DNA from: a virus
Virus record (IMG/VR): IMGVR_UViG_3300034061_000981
Location: 32,001-96,000 of that record
Length of the DNA: 64,000 bases
Reading direction: 5' to 3' (one strand)
The position numbers and the translations under genes are program-made. Shown here piece after piece: positions 11,120 through 22,172 of this stretch (positions within the stretch are counted from its first letter, which is position 1; each line of letters starts with the position of its first letter). The notes under the pieces were generated by a model. It saw nothing but the letters and a program-made list of their open reading frames with translations. It did not search any database and was not told the origin of the DNA.

Positions 11120-12072
11120 TAGCGATTGAGGCCCCGCAGCCTTATCTCGCAATTACTTGGCAAGTTAATAACTATTGTAACTTCAAATGTAGTTACTGTA
11201 ATCCAGGTAACTGGGGAGGCACAGATATTAATGATGGTAATTTAGATTTATATATCAACAATTTATCTACTATGATTAGTAAGTATAAAGCCGCCGGCTA
11301 TAAGAACTTTAAGTTCTTCTTTAGCGGTGGAGAACCTACTGCATGGAAGAACTTTATTCCAATATGTGAATGGATTTATAAAGAACTTCCACGTGCTACA
11401 TTAGCAGTCAATACAAATTTAAGTCGCCCGTTGGCGTGGTGGGAAAAGCATTATCATTTGTTTGATGATGTTGTTGCAAGTTACCATGTAGAGTTTAGCG
11501 ATAAAAAACGTTATGAAGAAAATAGTATCTTCTTATGTGATAAAGTCAATTACCTTTCTACAAAAATGTTGATGCATGAGGAAAGATTCTGGGAAGTTGT
11601 TGAGTATGGTAATTATTTGAAAACAGTAATGCCAAACTATTTCTTAGAATGGACTCCGTTGTTTGATGAGATGAGTGTTAATGCAGGTCCATGGCAATAT
11701 AAAGATTCTGCGAAAGAAGCATGGTTGCGTGAACACACTACTGAGATTCAACAAACTAAGCGTAAGCCTATGAAAAGAACAACACTTACTGTTAGTTACA
11801 ATAAATACGATGATAACAGTACAGAAGTATGTAATAGTAATGAAGTTATTGTTGCAGGTAACAATTTCTTCAGTGGCTGGAATTGTAACGTAGGTGATGC
11901 TATCTTTATCAATCCAGTAGGAGAAATGAGTTTAGCAAGTTGCGGTATGGGTGGTTATGTAGGTCACATATTGACTGATATTAACCGTGTAGGACCAAAA
12001 CAAATTGTTTGTGAAAAAGAACACTGCCATTGCGGTACTGATATTATTATACCAAAGTTTTTAGAAGAATAA
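11104..12072 (+). CDS. Radical SAM protein with C-terminal Cys cluster
   Basis: CNFKCSYC; SGGEPT; C-terminal GWNCNVG..SC..CEKEHCHC. Confidence 0.88.
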   Translation: MGKKLIAIEAPQPYLAITWQVNNYCNFKCSYCNPGNWGGTDINDGNLDLYINNLSTMISKYKAAGYKNFKFFFSGGEPTAWKNFIPICEWIYKELPRATLAVNTNLSRPLAWWEKHYHLFDDVVASYHVEFSDKKRYEENSIFLCDKVNYLSTKMLMHEERFWEVVEYGNYLKTVMPNYFLEWTPLFDEMSVNAGPWQYKDSAKEAWLREHTTEIQQTKRKPMKRTTLTVSYNKYDDNSTEVCNSNEVIVAGNNFFSGWNCNVGDAIFINPVGEMSLASCGMGGYVGHILTDINRVGPKQIVCEKEHCHCGTDIIIPKFLEE

Positions 12073-12073
12073 A

Positions 12074-13393
12074 ATGAGTGATAAAAAAATTAATTTAGTA
12101 TATAATTGGCTTGGTCCTAAAGGTCCTATTCCAAACACAGAGGTACCTAATGTATTACATTTAGCTGCCGTAGGAGAATCAACTACTACTAATAGCCCAA
12201 ACTTTTGGTGTGACAGTATATGGCATTTAATGTTTTGCAACAAACCAGGATATGGTATTAGTAGTGCTGTATTCTTAGGTCTAGATGATGTGTTCATTTA
12301 TCCTTTTTCTATTACATGGAGAATAAATTTTACTTCTTATTTTCATAAAGGTGGAGGGATTTTAGAGTACTCACATACCAATGGTCAACTTAAACATTTA
12401 GTTGCAACTGGCAAAGGGTTTATTTTAATTGAAGATGCCGCAGAAGCTCACATTGAACCATCTCAAATACAAGCAATGCATACATATTTTAATGAGAGTC
12501 ATATTCCCATGAATAAGATAATATATGTTACTGGCTGTATGAATGCACAAGCATTGTATGATGAGTGGTGTCTAATAAATGGAATTAATCATCCTAGGGA
12601 TAAAATGAATATATTATCATATCCCACTTCACAAAATAGTTTAGCAACATATTTTAACGTATGGAACCCTCAAGTTCCTGAATATGATACTGAACGTGTT
12701 CCTGAAAAATTATTTTTATCCTGGAATCGTAGATTTAGACCACATAGAACTGCAATGGCATTTGGTTTAGATAAACTAGGATTAGTAGATAGATCATACT
12801 TAAGTATAGGATTAGTAGACCCGGAAAATTCTGCAATGCACATAACACATACGTTGCAGGATCATTTACTTTATCAACTGGACATACAACCCGAAGATAA
12901 AATTCGTTTTGTAAACAAATTACCATTAGTATTAGATGGTGAAAACGATGTTAATCAAATGTGTCAGGATTTCAATGATGCTACTAGACCCTTTTATCAG
13001 AATAGTTTAGTGAGTCTTGTATCCGAAACAAATTTTTTGGAAAACGAAGTATCATTAACTGAAAAATCATTTAAACCTTTTAAAGAAAAACACCCATTTA
13101 TTACTGTAGGGGTCAACGGTACATTACAAGCATTAAGAGATATGGGATTTATAACGTTTGGAGCCTTTTGGGATGAAAGTTATGATAACATAATTAGCCC
13201 AATAGAGAGAATGGCAGCAATTCTAAATGTATGTAAAGACATTGCTACTTGGGATAGTGAAAAAATTAAAGATTTTAGACGCAGAGTTAAACCTATCTTA
13301 GACCACAATTATGAAATATTAAAAATAGAATATTCATATGTACTTGCGGCTAAGATAAAAGATAGAATATTTGAAATAATAAATAACAAATGA
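12074..13393 (+). CDS. Putative glycosyltransferase (GT10-like 'E(T/S)..(T/S)EK..PF' family), paralog 1
   Basis: FLSWNRR.RPHR..LVSETNF..LTEKSFKP..HPF..GF..WDESYD. Confidence 0.55.
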   Translation: MSDKKINLVYNWLGPKGPIPNTEVPNVLHLAAVGESTTTNSPNFWCDSIWHLMFCNKPGYGISSAVFLGLDDVFIYPFSITWRINFTSYFHKGGGILEYSHTNGQLKHLVATGKGFILIEDAAEAHIEPSQIQAMHTYFNESHIPMNKIIYVTGCMNAQALYDEWCLINGINHPRDKMNILSYPTSQNSLATYFNVWNPQVPEYDTERVPEKLFLSWNRRFRPHRTAMAFGLDKLGLVDRSYLSIGLVDPENSAMHITHTLQDHLLYQLDIQPEDKIRFVNKLPLVLDGENDVNQMCQDFNDATRPFYQNSLVSLVSETNFLENEVSLTEKSFKPFKEKHPFITVGVNGTLQALRDMGFITFGAFWDESYDNIISPIERMAAILNVCKDIATWDSEKIKDFRRRVKPILDHNYEILKIEYSYVLAAKIKDRIFEIINNK

Positions 13394-14367
13394 AAAAAAT
13401 ATTAGTATGCGGTGCAGGAGGATTCATTGGATCACACCTGGTAGAAAAATTGAAAGAACAAGGTCATTATGTAATAGGTTCTGACCTTCATTATCCGTTA
13501 TACAATGAAACTCCAGCAGATGAGTTTTATATTATGGACTTGCGTGAACAAGAGAATGTTCGTAGATTAATCACTAGTGACATTGATGAGATATACCAAC
13601 TAGCGGCTGATATGGGAGGCGCCGGCTATATCTTTACAGGTGAGCATGATGCTGACATTATGCATAACAGTTGTCAAATCAATTTGAACATATTAGATTC
13701 AATGGTTAAATCCAAGGTTAAAAAAGTTTTCTATAGTTCAAGCGCATGTATGTATCCAAGTCATAATCAGGAAGATCCTGATAATCCTTTATTAGCAGAA
13801 GATAGCGCATATCCTGCAAACCCTGACAGCGAGTATGGTTGGGAGAAACTGTTCTCAGAACGTTTATATATGACATATGGGCGTAACTATAACTTGGACG
13901 TTCGTATCGCACGTTTTCACAACATCTTTGGCCCAAGAGGTTCTTGGGATAATGGTAAAGAAAAAGCACCAGCGGCATTGTGCCGCAAAGTAGCACTATG
14001 CAAAGATGGTGGTGTTATTGACGTATGGGGCCCGGGCAATCAAACACGTTCATTCTTGTTTATTGATGAATGTGTTGAAGGTATGCAACGTATTATGACT
14101 AGTGAGTATACTAAGCCAGTCAATCTAGGTAGCACTAGAATGATTAGTATCAATAACTTAGTTTTACTGATTGCAAAATTAAATGGAAAAAATGTTAATA
14201 TTCGTAACATTGATGGGCCACGCGGTGTTATGGGTCGTAATAGTGACAACAGATTAATTAAAGAAACAATTAATTGGGCACCAGATGAAGATTTAGAATC
14301 AGGCTTAATTAAAACATATAACTGGATTGATGAACAAATTAGTAGAGGCATCAAAGACAACAAATGA
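13390..14367 (+). CDS. NAD-dependent epimerase, GDP-mannose 3,5-epimerase-like
   Basis: GAGGFIG, LAADMGGAGYI, YSSSACMYP, YGWEK, RFHNIFGP, EKAPAALCRK, GRNSDN: GME signature segments. Confidence 0.88.
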   Translation: MKKILVCGAGGFIGSHLVEKLKEQGHYVIGSDLHYPLYNETPADEFYIMDLREQENVRRLITSDIDEIYQLAADMGGAGYIFTGEHDADIMHNSCQINLNILDSMVKSKVKKVFYSSSACMYPSHNQEDPDNPLLAEDSAYPANPDSEYGWEKLFSERLYMTYGRNYNLDVRIARFHNIFGPRGSWDNGKEKAPAALCRKVALCKDGGVIDVWGPGNQTRSFLFIDECVEGMQRIMTSEYTKPVNLGSTRMISINNLVLLIAKLNGKNVNIRNIDGPRGVMGRNSDNRLIKETINWAPDEDLESGLIKTYNWIDEQISRGIKDNK

Positions 14368-15389
14368 TTACATGTTATTTTGTAAATCACGTATCTTTAC
14401 GAGGTAGAGAACATATAGTTGTTAATGAAATAGAAAATATAAATCCTGATATAATTATAGGATTGTGTTTAGAAGAATTTGATTACCACTATATTTTTGA
14501 AAAATTCTTCAAGGTAATTCAACCATATTTAATACGTACAAACAAAATAATGAAACTTATTGCACCGTACGTTGATTCTAAACCTGTACCTAATAATATA
14601 ATAGTTGAAAAGTCATATGGATATTATCATTGGTCATGTGGTTCAATAGAGAATTGCATAGAAAATAAAATAGAGTTCAACTTTACTGATACTACTAAAC
14701 TGTTTACAAATTATAATAACAATAACAAATATCAACGTGCTATGTTGGTAGATGAGTTTGTAAAAAATGATTTATTGAAAGACGGGATTGTAACATTAAA
14801 TAAACCCGAAATGAGACTAGCCGACGGCCGCCCATATATTTATAAATATCACGATGGTTCAAAAATAGTTGATGAGACAGATTTTGTGTTAAATGCAAAG
14901 TATGAATACAATGCTGGAATGTTTCCAAAAAGTTATTTTAATGGATTTATAGATATAGTTTCAGAATCTACATATGATGCTGGTGAGTTTTTTATTACTG
15001 AAAAAACAGCTAAACCAATTGGTGCCCTTAAACCTTTTTTAGTTTTTGGTCCACCACTAGTGCACCAACATTTATATAATAATTATGGCATTGAATATTA
15101 TAATGAATTGTTTGACTATTCATTTGATATAGAAGAAGATATTGAAAAACGTATTGATGGAATAGTTCAAAATTTATTAAGGTTAAGACAACTTTCAAAT
15201 GCTGAACTTATATCTATGTATAAATCTATTAACGATAAATTAATATGTAATAGAAAAAACTATTTACAAATTAAAACAGATCGAGTTTATATACCCGAAT
15301 CTTTAAAATTTTTAGAACAGTATGACAATGGTGTTAAATGCTACGGTGATACTAAAGCGAGTATATTACATATGATAGGAATAAAATGA
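14364..15389 (+). CDS. Putative glycosyltransferase (GT10-like family), paralog 2
   Basis: IVSEST..FITEKTAKP..KPF..ELFDYSFD. Confidence 0.55.
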   Translation: MITCYFVNHVSLRGREHIVVNEIENINPDIIIGLCLEEFDYHYIFEKFFKVIQPYLIRTNKIMKLIAPYVDSKPVPNNIIVEKSYGYYHWSCGSIENCIENKIEFNFTDTTKLFTNYNNNNKYQRAMLVDEFVKNDLLKDGIVTLNKPEMRLADGRPYIYKYHDGSKIVDETDFVLNAKYEYNAGMFPKSYFNGFIDIVSESTYDAGEFFITEKTAKPIGALKPFLVFGPPLVHQHLYNNYGIEYYNELFDYSFDIEEDIEKRIDGIVQNLLRLRQLSNAELISMYKSINDKLICNRKNYLQIKTDRVYIPESLKFLEQYDNGVKCYGDTKASILHMIGIK

Positions 15390-16270
15390 CAAAAAAATAT
15401 ATTATTGGTTTAGGATGTAGCTGGACACAAGGTGAAGGTGGTTATCCTGAAGAAATATGGAAACAATATAACGGCAGCCCTCAACGTGCATTAAGATGTA
15501 AAGATGATTACGCTATACGACACTATGAACATGAAAATAGTTGGGTTAACGTATTATGTCGTGACCACTTCCCTGAATATGAACCTGTTAATCTAGGTGT
15601 CAAAGGTATAGGTAATCGTGCGGCGGTAGGACAATTACATTTTTGTGATAAAGTAGACTTTAACAATAGTACTGGTATTATTGTATTAATGTTAAGTGGT
15701 TTTGAAAGATTAGATTTGTTCCAGCAATATCCACATACTAGTGACGGGCAGAATGATTTTTATTCTAAGAATGAATTTCGTCATTATAAATGGAGAACAG
15801 CATGGCCAATTCCAAATCATAGTACAGGCGATACATCATACTGGGATGTGTATGCTAGAGAATTATGGAGTGAACAGTTTGTCTCCGCACATCAAATGTG
15901 TAATTTATTAGAACTACAAACGTTTGCAAAAGCATATGGGTATAAAGTTGTTGTGGCTAATGGATTTAATCAACGGCAAGAGGGTATTAAACAATACCTA
16001 CGTGATAATGCAGGTTATTTAGTTGATAAATTTGATTGGTCAACGTATATACATGATACTACTCCATATTCCGCTTTTGTACAAAAGCTAGTAGAACTTG
16101 ATGGACTAATTCAACCTGAGCATTGGGGTGGATTCCATCAATATTATAGTCAGCGTGATTGGCCTGCTAAATACTTGACAAACTGTGACGGAGCACATCC
16201 TACAGTAGATGGTTATAAAGCAATAGGAAGTGAACTTGCACGGTTTATCAAATTACGCGGATATGTCTAA
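15386..16270 (+). CDS. SGNH/GDSL-like hydrolase or acyltransferase
   Basis: GCSWT block I, NLGVKGIGN, C-terminal DGAHP. Confidence 0.6.
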   Translation: MTKKYIIGLGCSWTQGEGGYPEEIWKQYNGSPQRALRCKDDYAIRHYEHENSWVNVLCRDHFPEYEPVNLGVKGIGNRAAVGQLHFCDKVDFNNSTGIIVLMLSGFERLDLFQQYPHTSDGQNDFYSKNEFRHYKWRTAWPIPNHSTGDTSYWDVYARELWSEQFVSAHQMCNLLELQTFAKAYGYKVVVANGFNQRQEGIKQYLRDNAGYLVDKFDWSTYIHDTTPYSAFVQKLVELDGLIQPEHWGGFHQYYSQRDWPAKYLTNCDGAHPTVDGYKAIGSELARFIKLRGYV

Positions 16271-18200
16271 ACGAAAAATTAGTTTTGTAAACCCAAACTT
16301 TTCACAAGGACCCAGAGAGTTTAACGCATATTACTTGCCTTATACTCCTGCCGTTCTTTGGGCATACAGCCAGCAATTCCCTAAAATATCAAACAATTAT
16401 GAGCTAGGTGATTTCATTTGGCGCAGAGATTTAATTGAAGAAGCAGTTGAATTATTGAAAGATAATGACGTTGTTGGCTTTAGTACATATGTTTGGAACC
16501 GTAGCTATAATGCAGTGCTTGGTCGTGAATTAAAAAAGGCCAACCCAAACATATTCATTATTGCTGGTGGACCTGAATACCCCATAGAGAAACCAGACTT
16601 TTTTGTAAAGTACCCCTTCATTGATATATGTGTGAAACTTGAAGGTGAAATTTCAATGAAAAAAATACTCATTGAAAGATTAAAAGATAAACCAGACTAT
16701 ACAACTATTCCAGGACTGTTAATTAATGACAACGGCAACACAATTGATACGGGTGATAGTAAACGCATTGAAGATTTAGATAGTATTCCTAGTCCATATC
16801 TATTGGGTATATTTGATAAATTGATGAAGAAGCATCCCGAAGTACGTTGGAATGTAACACTAGAAACAAATCGTGGTTGTCCCTATGCTTGTACATTCTG
16901 TGACTGGGGTAGTTTAACATACAACAAAGTTAAGAAATTTGGACTAGAACGTGTTTACCATGAACTAGAATGGATTGGTAAAAATGGTTGCGACTTTGTA
17001 AGTATTACCGATGCAAACTTTGGTATCTTTGCTGAACGTGATAGTTTAATTGCTGACAAACTAATTGAAGTGCAAAAGAAGTGGGGTAACCCACGTGCTT
17101 ATACAATTGCATGGGCAAAGAATCAAAAACAAGAAGTTGTTGATATTGTACATAAGTTGATTTACGAAGGTGGAAGCAAGATGGGTCTTAATTTATCTGT
17201 ACAGTCAATGGATGACGATGTATTAGATATCATTAAGCGCAAGAACCTTGAAATGAATAAGATTGAAGAAGTATTTAAACTGTGTGAGGAATATAATATT
17301 CCACTATACACAGAACTAATTCTAGGATTGCCCGGCGAAACTATGAGAAGTTGGAAAGAAAACTTTTATAAACTATATAAGAGTGGCAACCATACTGGCA
17401 TTACTGTATATCAAGCACAATTACTTGAGAACGCAGAGATGAATTTAACTCAGCGTAAGATGTATAAACTAGAGGGCAAGATTGTTTATGACTATCTAGT
17501 TGGTACATACAATGAACATGAATTAAAAGAGGGTATTGAAGTAATTGTTAGTACCCGTGACTTACCACGTGAACAAATGATTGAAGCACAAGTGTTTAGT
17601 TGGTTTATGAATACTTTTCATATTAATGGCATAACCAATTATATCTCACGTGTGTTGTATAAAAAACACAATATTGAATACAGTGACTTCTATGATAAAC
17701 TATGGAAGTATGTTGCAGAAGATGAATGGTTAGCAAGCGAAGTTAAACGTATTGAAGATCATTACGAGAAGTGGACTACTGACGGGTTAATCAATCATAC
17801 TCCAATTGAGGGTATGGAGATTCATGGCTGGAATCTAATTCACAGTACAGTAATTAATTTGCACAGCGCAAGCAAACATAATCATATCTTTAATGTAATT
17901 GAAAAGTTCCTACGTAGTGAGTATGATATTGAAGAAAGTCTATTACAAGACTTAATGACATTCCAGCGTACATTCTTAATTGACTATAACGAGATTCAGA
18001 ACTATACAAAAACTATTACGTTTAAGCATGACATTCCTGGCTATGTGCAGAATACACATGATTTAAATACTGAATCTACATATGAGTTTGAATTCCCGGA
18101 AGATCATAACATGTCATTACAACGTTTCTGCGAACAGATTTTCTTTGCACGTAGAAGAAACTTTGGTAAAGCGTGGATAACTAAAAATGGCACTAATTAA
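16263..18200 (+). CDS. Cobalamin-binding radical SAM protein (class B methyltransferase-like)
   Basis: VGFSTYVWN, IAGGPE, EGE; ETNRGCPYACTFCDW; ELILGLPGET; ATG at 16263. Confidence 0.88.
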   Translation: MSKRKISFVNPNFSQGPREFNAYYLPYTPAVLWAYSQQFPKISNNYELGDFIWRRDLIEEAVELLKDNDVVGFSTYVWNRSYNAVLGRELKKANPNIFIIAGGPEYPIEKPDFFVKYPFIDICVKLEGEISMKKILIERLKDKPDYTTIPGLLINDNGNTIDTGDSKRIEDLDSIPSPYLLGIFDKLMKKHPEVRWNVTLETNRGCPYACTFCDWGSLTYNKVKKFGLERVYHELEWIGKNGCDFVSITDANFGIFAERDSLIADKLIEVQKKWGNPRAYTIAWAKNQKQEVVDIVHKLIYEGGSKMGLNLSVQSMDDDVLDIIKRKNLEMNKIEEVFKLCEEYNIPLYTELILGLPGETMRSWKENFYKLYKSGNHTGITVYQAQLLENAEMNLTQRKMYKLEGKIVYDYLVGTYNEHELKEGIEVIVSTRDLPREQMIEAQVFSWFMNTFHINGITNYISRVLYKKHNIEYSDFYDKLWKYVAEDEWLASEVKRIEDHYEKWTTDGLINHTPIEGMEIHGWNLIHSTVINLHSASKHNHIFNVIEKFLRSEYDIEESLLQDLMTFQRTFLIDYNEIQNYTKTITFKHDIPGYVQNTHDLNTESTYEFEFPEDHNMSLQRFCEQIFFARRRNFGKAWITKNGTN

Positions 18201-19323
18201 TAAAGACAATACATGGTTTCTTGGAGTTAACGAATATCATCATCGTCCTATATCATATACAAGAGATATACATAACTTTGAAGATACTGATTATTGGTAC
18301 GCTGAATTCTTTGGTCCTGAGTCGATTAATTATTTATTAAACCCCGATGTATTGTCAATAGACGCATTAACTAGAATACAAAATAAAACGTGTGTATTAA
18401 TGTTGAATAATGCACATGAAGCGTTTCACACAGTGGTAAAATCAATATATGATATTGCTGTAATACAATTGAGTATTCCCCCGGAACAAATTATATTGAT
18501 AAGTGAATCAGCCATCATTGACAAAGAAGTAGAAAAAATAGCAAACGAATATAATTTAGGAAAAATTAAAACTGAATGGATGCGAATGTTTGAACGTGCT
18601 GTTTCAACGATAAACCATAAACCGTTAGAAACATTAAAATATAAACATTACGATAAGAAGTTCGTTAATTTTAATAGACGTTGGAGATTGCATCGTCCTG
18701 CATTGGTTGCGTTATTAGAAATAAAAAGTTTATTAGATAAGGGTTATGTTAGCCTTGCAAAGACAGAAGAATATAATGACACATGGGATGTATTCTTTGA
18801 ACATATGTCTTGGACGTTAAGACATAATCCTAATTTTGTTGATACTTTTGTTCGTAATAAAGAAAAAATTAGTAATATTCCAGCAATGATATTGGACCAA
18901 ACTGATATGACAATCAACCATGCACACAAACTAACAGACTCAACCGACATATATTATGAAAATACATACTTTAGCGTAGTATCCGAAACTAATTTTTTTA
19001 AAGCAATTGCTGAAGGGATATTTGTTAGTGAAAAGATTTTTAGACCAATACTAAAAAAACATCCATTTATTTTAGTGTCCAGACCACATACGCTAAGTAT
19101 AATGAGAAATATTGGATATAAAACATTTGATTCTATTATCAATGAGGATTACGACAAAGAAGAAGATGATTGTAAACGTATGTTAATGATAGTAGATGAA
19201 ATAGATAGGTTATGTCATTTAAATGATGATCAATTACGTGTGTTTTTACATAAGGCAAAAATGATCACGGAGTATAATTATATGATACTTTTTAGTAAAA
19301 GGGAGTTTTTAACAAAATTATGA
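18187..19323 (+). CDS. Putative glycosyltransferase (GT10-like family), paralog 3
   Basis: FVNFNRRWRLHR..SVVSETNF..FVSEKIFRP..HPF..INEDYD. Confidence 0.55.
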   Translation: MALINKDNTWFLGVNEYHHRPISYTRDIHNFEDTDYWYAEFFGPESINYLLNPDVLSIDALTRIQNKTCVLMLNNAHEAFHTVVKSIYDIAVIQLSIPPEQIILISESAIIDKEVEKIANEYNLGKIKTEWMRMFERAVSTINHKPLETLKYKHYDKKFVNFNRRWRLHRPALVALLEIKSLLDKGYVSLAKTEEYNDTWDVFFEHMSWTLRHNPNFVDTFVRNKEKISNIPAMILDQTDMTINHAHKLTDSTDIYYENTYFSVVSETNFFKAIAEGIFVSEKIFRPILKKHPFILVSRPHTLSIMRNIGYKTFDSIINEDYDKEEDDCKRMLMIVDEIDRLCHLNDDQLRVFLHKAKMITEYNYMILFSKREFLTKL

Positions 19324-20141
19324 TTACAGATTTAACAAAATACAAAAGAATATTTGCGTTTGGATGTAGTTTTACGTCCTACATTTACCCTACATGGGCT
19401 GACATTATATATAAATCAATGTCACCTGATGTTGAATTTTATAACTTTGGCAAATCAGGTGGCGGTAATGTCTTTATTGCAAATAGAATTACAGAAGCAA
19501 ATAGAAAGTATAAATTTACAGAAACTGATTTAGTGGTAGTATTATGGTCTACCCATGCTAGAATTGATTTTTTTAAAACAGACAGTGGTTGGAAAACCCC
19601 CGGTAATATATATACTCAAGGAATGTTGAGTGAACATTCAGTTCGTGAGTTAGAAGATTTAAATTGGTTTTTGCTTAGAGATTTATCTATGATTGATTTA
19701 ACTACATCATATTTAAATAATCTACCATGTGGTTCAATCAAATTAATGTCAGTTCCATTTAATTATGAAAGCAGATATAAAAATAAAGTTTTGTTGAATA
19801 AGTATCTTACAACTTCTATAATAGAAACATACAGTGAACTACTTAAAGAATATCCTAACCCATCATTGTATGAATTTATGAATTATAAATGGTCATCATC
19901 TATAAAATATAAACATCATCATCATCCGGAACAAGATGTTTTTATTGATTATCATCCCACTCCGGTTGATTACGCAAACTATTTAATTAAGTGTAATGTA
20001 CCAATAACACAAGAGGCAATTAATTACGCACATGAATCATTGGATAAAATGTTAGTTGAGGGAATAACACATCCTGACATAGTTACTATGTTCCCTGATT
20101 GTGACGAAAGAGTTAGTAATGCATTTAAACAACTATGGTAA
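19320..20141 (+). CDS. SGNH/GDSL-like protein
   Basis: AFGCSFT, NFGKSGGGN, DYHP. Confidence 0.6.
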   Translation: MITDLTKYKRIFAFGCSFTSYIYPTWADIIYKSMSPDVEFYNFGKSGGGNVFIANRITEANRKYKFTETDLVVVLWSTHARIDFFKTDSGWKTPGNIYTQGMLSEHSVRELEDLNWFLLRDLSMIDLTTSYLNNLPCGSIKLMSVPFNYESRYKNKVLLNKYLTTSIIETYSELLKEYPNPSLYEFMNYKWSSSIKYKHHHHPEQDVFIDYHPTPVDYANYLIKCNVPITQEAINYAHESLDKMLVEGITHPDIVTMFPDCDERVSNAFKQLW

Positions 20142-21136
20142 AATTATGTTATAACCCAGTTGATGGCATTGAGACAGATAAAATTATAGCTGATATCAAT
20201 AAGTTTAATCCTTCAAAAATCATTATTTTTAATGAATTAGAATGGGAATTAAAACATATTAATTTCGAATTTGTTCAATTATTAAAAGACAGAAATATTG
20301 AAATAGAAATAATATATGGAAGTTTCTATGACAATTCTTATGATAAGTATTGCAACCGAATGGGATTGGATAATAGTAATCTGACATTCTGGCCTACATA
20401 TTGGATAAATTGGACGGAGATATGTTTAAAAGGCGAAATAGATTATACTAAACACACAGTTAACACTGATTTTAAATATCCATTTATCTGTTTAAACAAC
20501 AAAAATCATAAGCATAGAGCCGCATTGATTGATCATTTAGCAAAGTATAATTTACTTAATAAAGGAGTAGTAACTTGGCACAAATTTGCTAATTGTATGC
20601 ATGGATATGAATTTAAATATTATGATGATAGTATTAGATTAATTGATGATGACTTTGTGACTAAATTAGATTCATTCTTAATACCTAAACAATGGCATGA
20701 ATCGTTTTTGCATGTCGTGGGTGAGGCTACAATCAATACACATTTTATTACAGAGAAAACAATTATTCCCATATTAATGAAAAAGCCATTTGTTTGTATT
20801 TCTAAACAAGGATATAATCAACGATTATTAGATTTGGGTTTTGTTTTGTACGATGAAATAATTGATTATTCATATGATAATTTAGAAGATGTAGGTGATA
20901 GAGCAGATAAACTATGTGAAAGCATTAGTAAAATTCCTACAAACTATTCAAAATTGTATGAGATACTAAAACCAAAAATAGAACATAATTATAATAGATG
21001 CTTAGAGATTATCAGGGATAAAAAATATATTCCTAAATCTGCAATCGACCGTGTCGCTAATATGAAAGATAGTGATTATATACCAATGCATACTGACCTT
21101 AGGTATGAAAGAATGTTGAAAGAATGTAATGATTAA
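20135..21136 (+). CDS. Putative glycosyltransferase (GT10-like family), paralog 4
   Basis: FICLN..HR..VVGEAT..FITEKT..KKPF..YDEIIDYSYD. Confidence 0.55.
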   Translation: MVKLCYNPVDGIETDKIIADINKFNPSKIIIFNELEWELKHINFEFVQLLKDRNIEIEIIYGSFYDNSYDKYCNRMGLDNSNLTFWPTYWINWTEICLKGEIDYTKHTVNTDFKYPFICLNNKNHKHRAALIDHLAKYNLLNKGVVTWHKFANCMHGYEFKYYDDSIRLIDDDFVTKLDSFLIPKQWHESFLHVVGEATINTHFITEKTIIPILMKKPFVCISKQGYNQRLLDLGFVLYDEIIDYSYDNLEDVGDRADKLCESISKIPTNYSKLYEILKPKIEHNYNRCLEIIRDKKYIPKSAIDRVANMKDSDYIPMHTDLRYERMLKECND

Positions 21137-22172
21137 GATTACTAACGTTTGGACAAATACATTTAAAGAATTTGTAGATGATGTTAGTGACAAAATTTCA
21201 GGAGTTACTTTGGTAATTCTTGATTGTTTGAATGAAGTTGATTACTATGACAAGGTATTTAAAAAACAGGATATCGATAGGTTATTAGAAATCACACAAC
21301 AATATAATGTCCCGGTTAAAATACTAACACCAAACTTAAACAAAAATAAAAAACTTGATAAATTCACACATATAGAAATTATATGTTGGTCTACCTTTTG
21401 GTTTACTAGAACATATAGAGTTTGGACATATCCAGATACTATTGATTATAATCAAATAAAAGGTATTGATATTAAAAATGAAAATGTTTGTAAAAATTTT
21501 GAATTAACTTATCCATATGTATGTCTTAATAATATTAGAAAAAATCATAGAAGCAACCTAATGGATATGCTAGCAAAACATGATTTAATCAAACATGGGG
21601 CAGTATCATGGCGCGATGTATGCCGAGCCGGCGTATCTGATAATTATTCTTATAAACATTGGAAACCTGAAATAATAATTTTAGATTTTGGTGTAAATGA
21701 CATTTTTAAACAAGAAACTATGCCGTTAGAATTTAATCATTCATTTATGCAAATAGTAACTGAATCAGATGATACGGAAACTTTTTTTAGTGAAAAAACA
21801 GCAACACCCATGTTTTTAAATAAACCATTTTTAGTTGCAACTAATTGTGGGTTTCACACCGACTTAAAAAAGCATGGATTTGAATTATATGATGAGTTAT
21901 TTGATTATTCATTTGATGATGAACCTGATATGGAACTCAGATATGATAAATTGGTGCAGAATTTAAAATCATATATAGGATTAAGTCCGTCAGATTTACA
22001 AAAACAGTATGATAAGGTGGCTGATAAAATTACATATAACAGAAAACTGGCAATGAAATATGCGCTTCATGTACCAAAAGAAGTAATGGATTTGCACTTA
22101 TTGGTAGAAGAAAAAGTTCAGGATTATACGGGCCCACTAAATAATATCAAATATATAGGTGAAGGATACTAA
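21129..22172 (+). CDS. Putative glycosyltransferase (GT10-like family), paralog 5
   Basis: YVCLN..HR..IVTES..FSEKTATP..NKPF..YDELFDYSFD. Confidence 0.55.
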   Translation: MIKITNVWTNTFKEFVDDVSDKISGVTLVILDCLNEVDYYDKVFKKQDIDRLLEITQQYNVPVKILTPNLNKNKKLDKFTHIEIICWSTFWFTRTYRVWTYPDTIDYNQIKGIDIKNENVCKNFELTYPYVCLNNIRKNHRSNLMDMLAKHDLIKHGAVSWRDVCRAGVSDNYSYKHWKPEIIILDFGVNDIFKQETMPLEFNHSFMQIVTESDDTETFFSEKTATPMFLNKPFLVATNCGFHTDLKKHGFELYDELFDYSFDDEPDMELRYDKLVQNLKSYIGLSPSDLQKQYDKVADKITYNRKLAMKYALHVPKEVMDLHLLVEEKVQDYTGPLNNIKYIGEGY

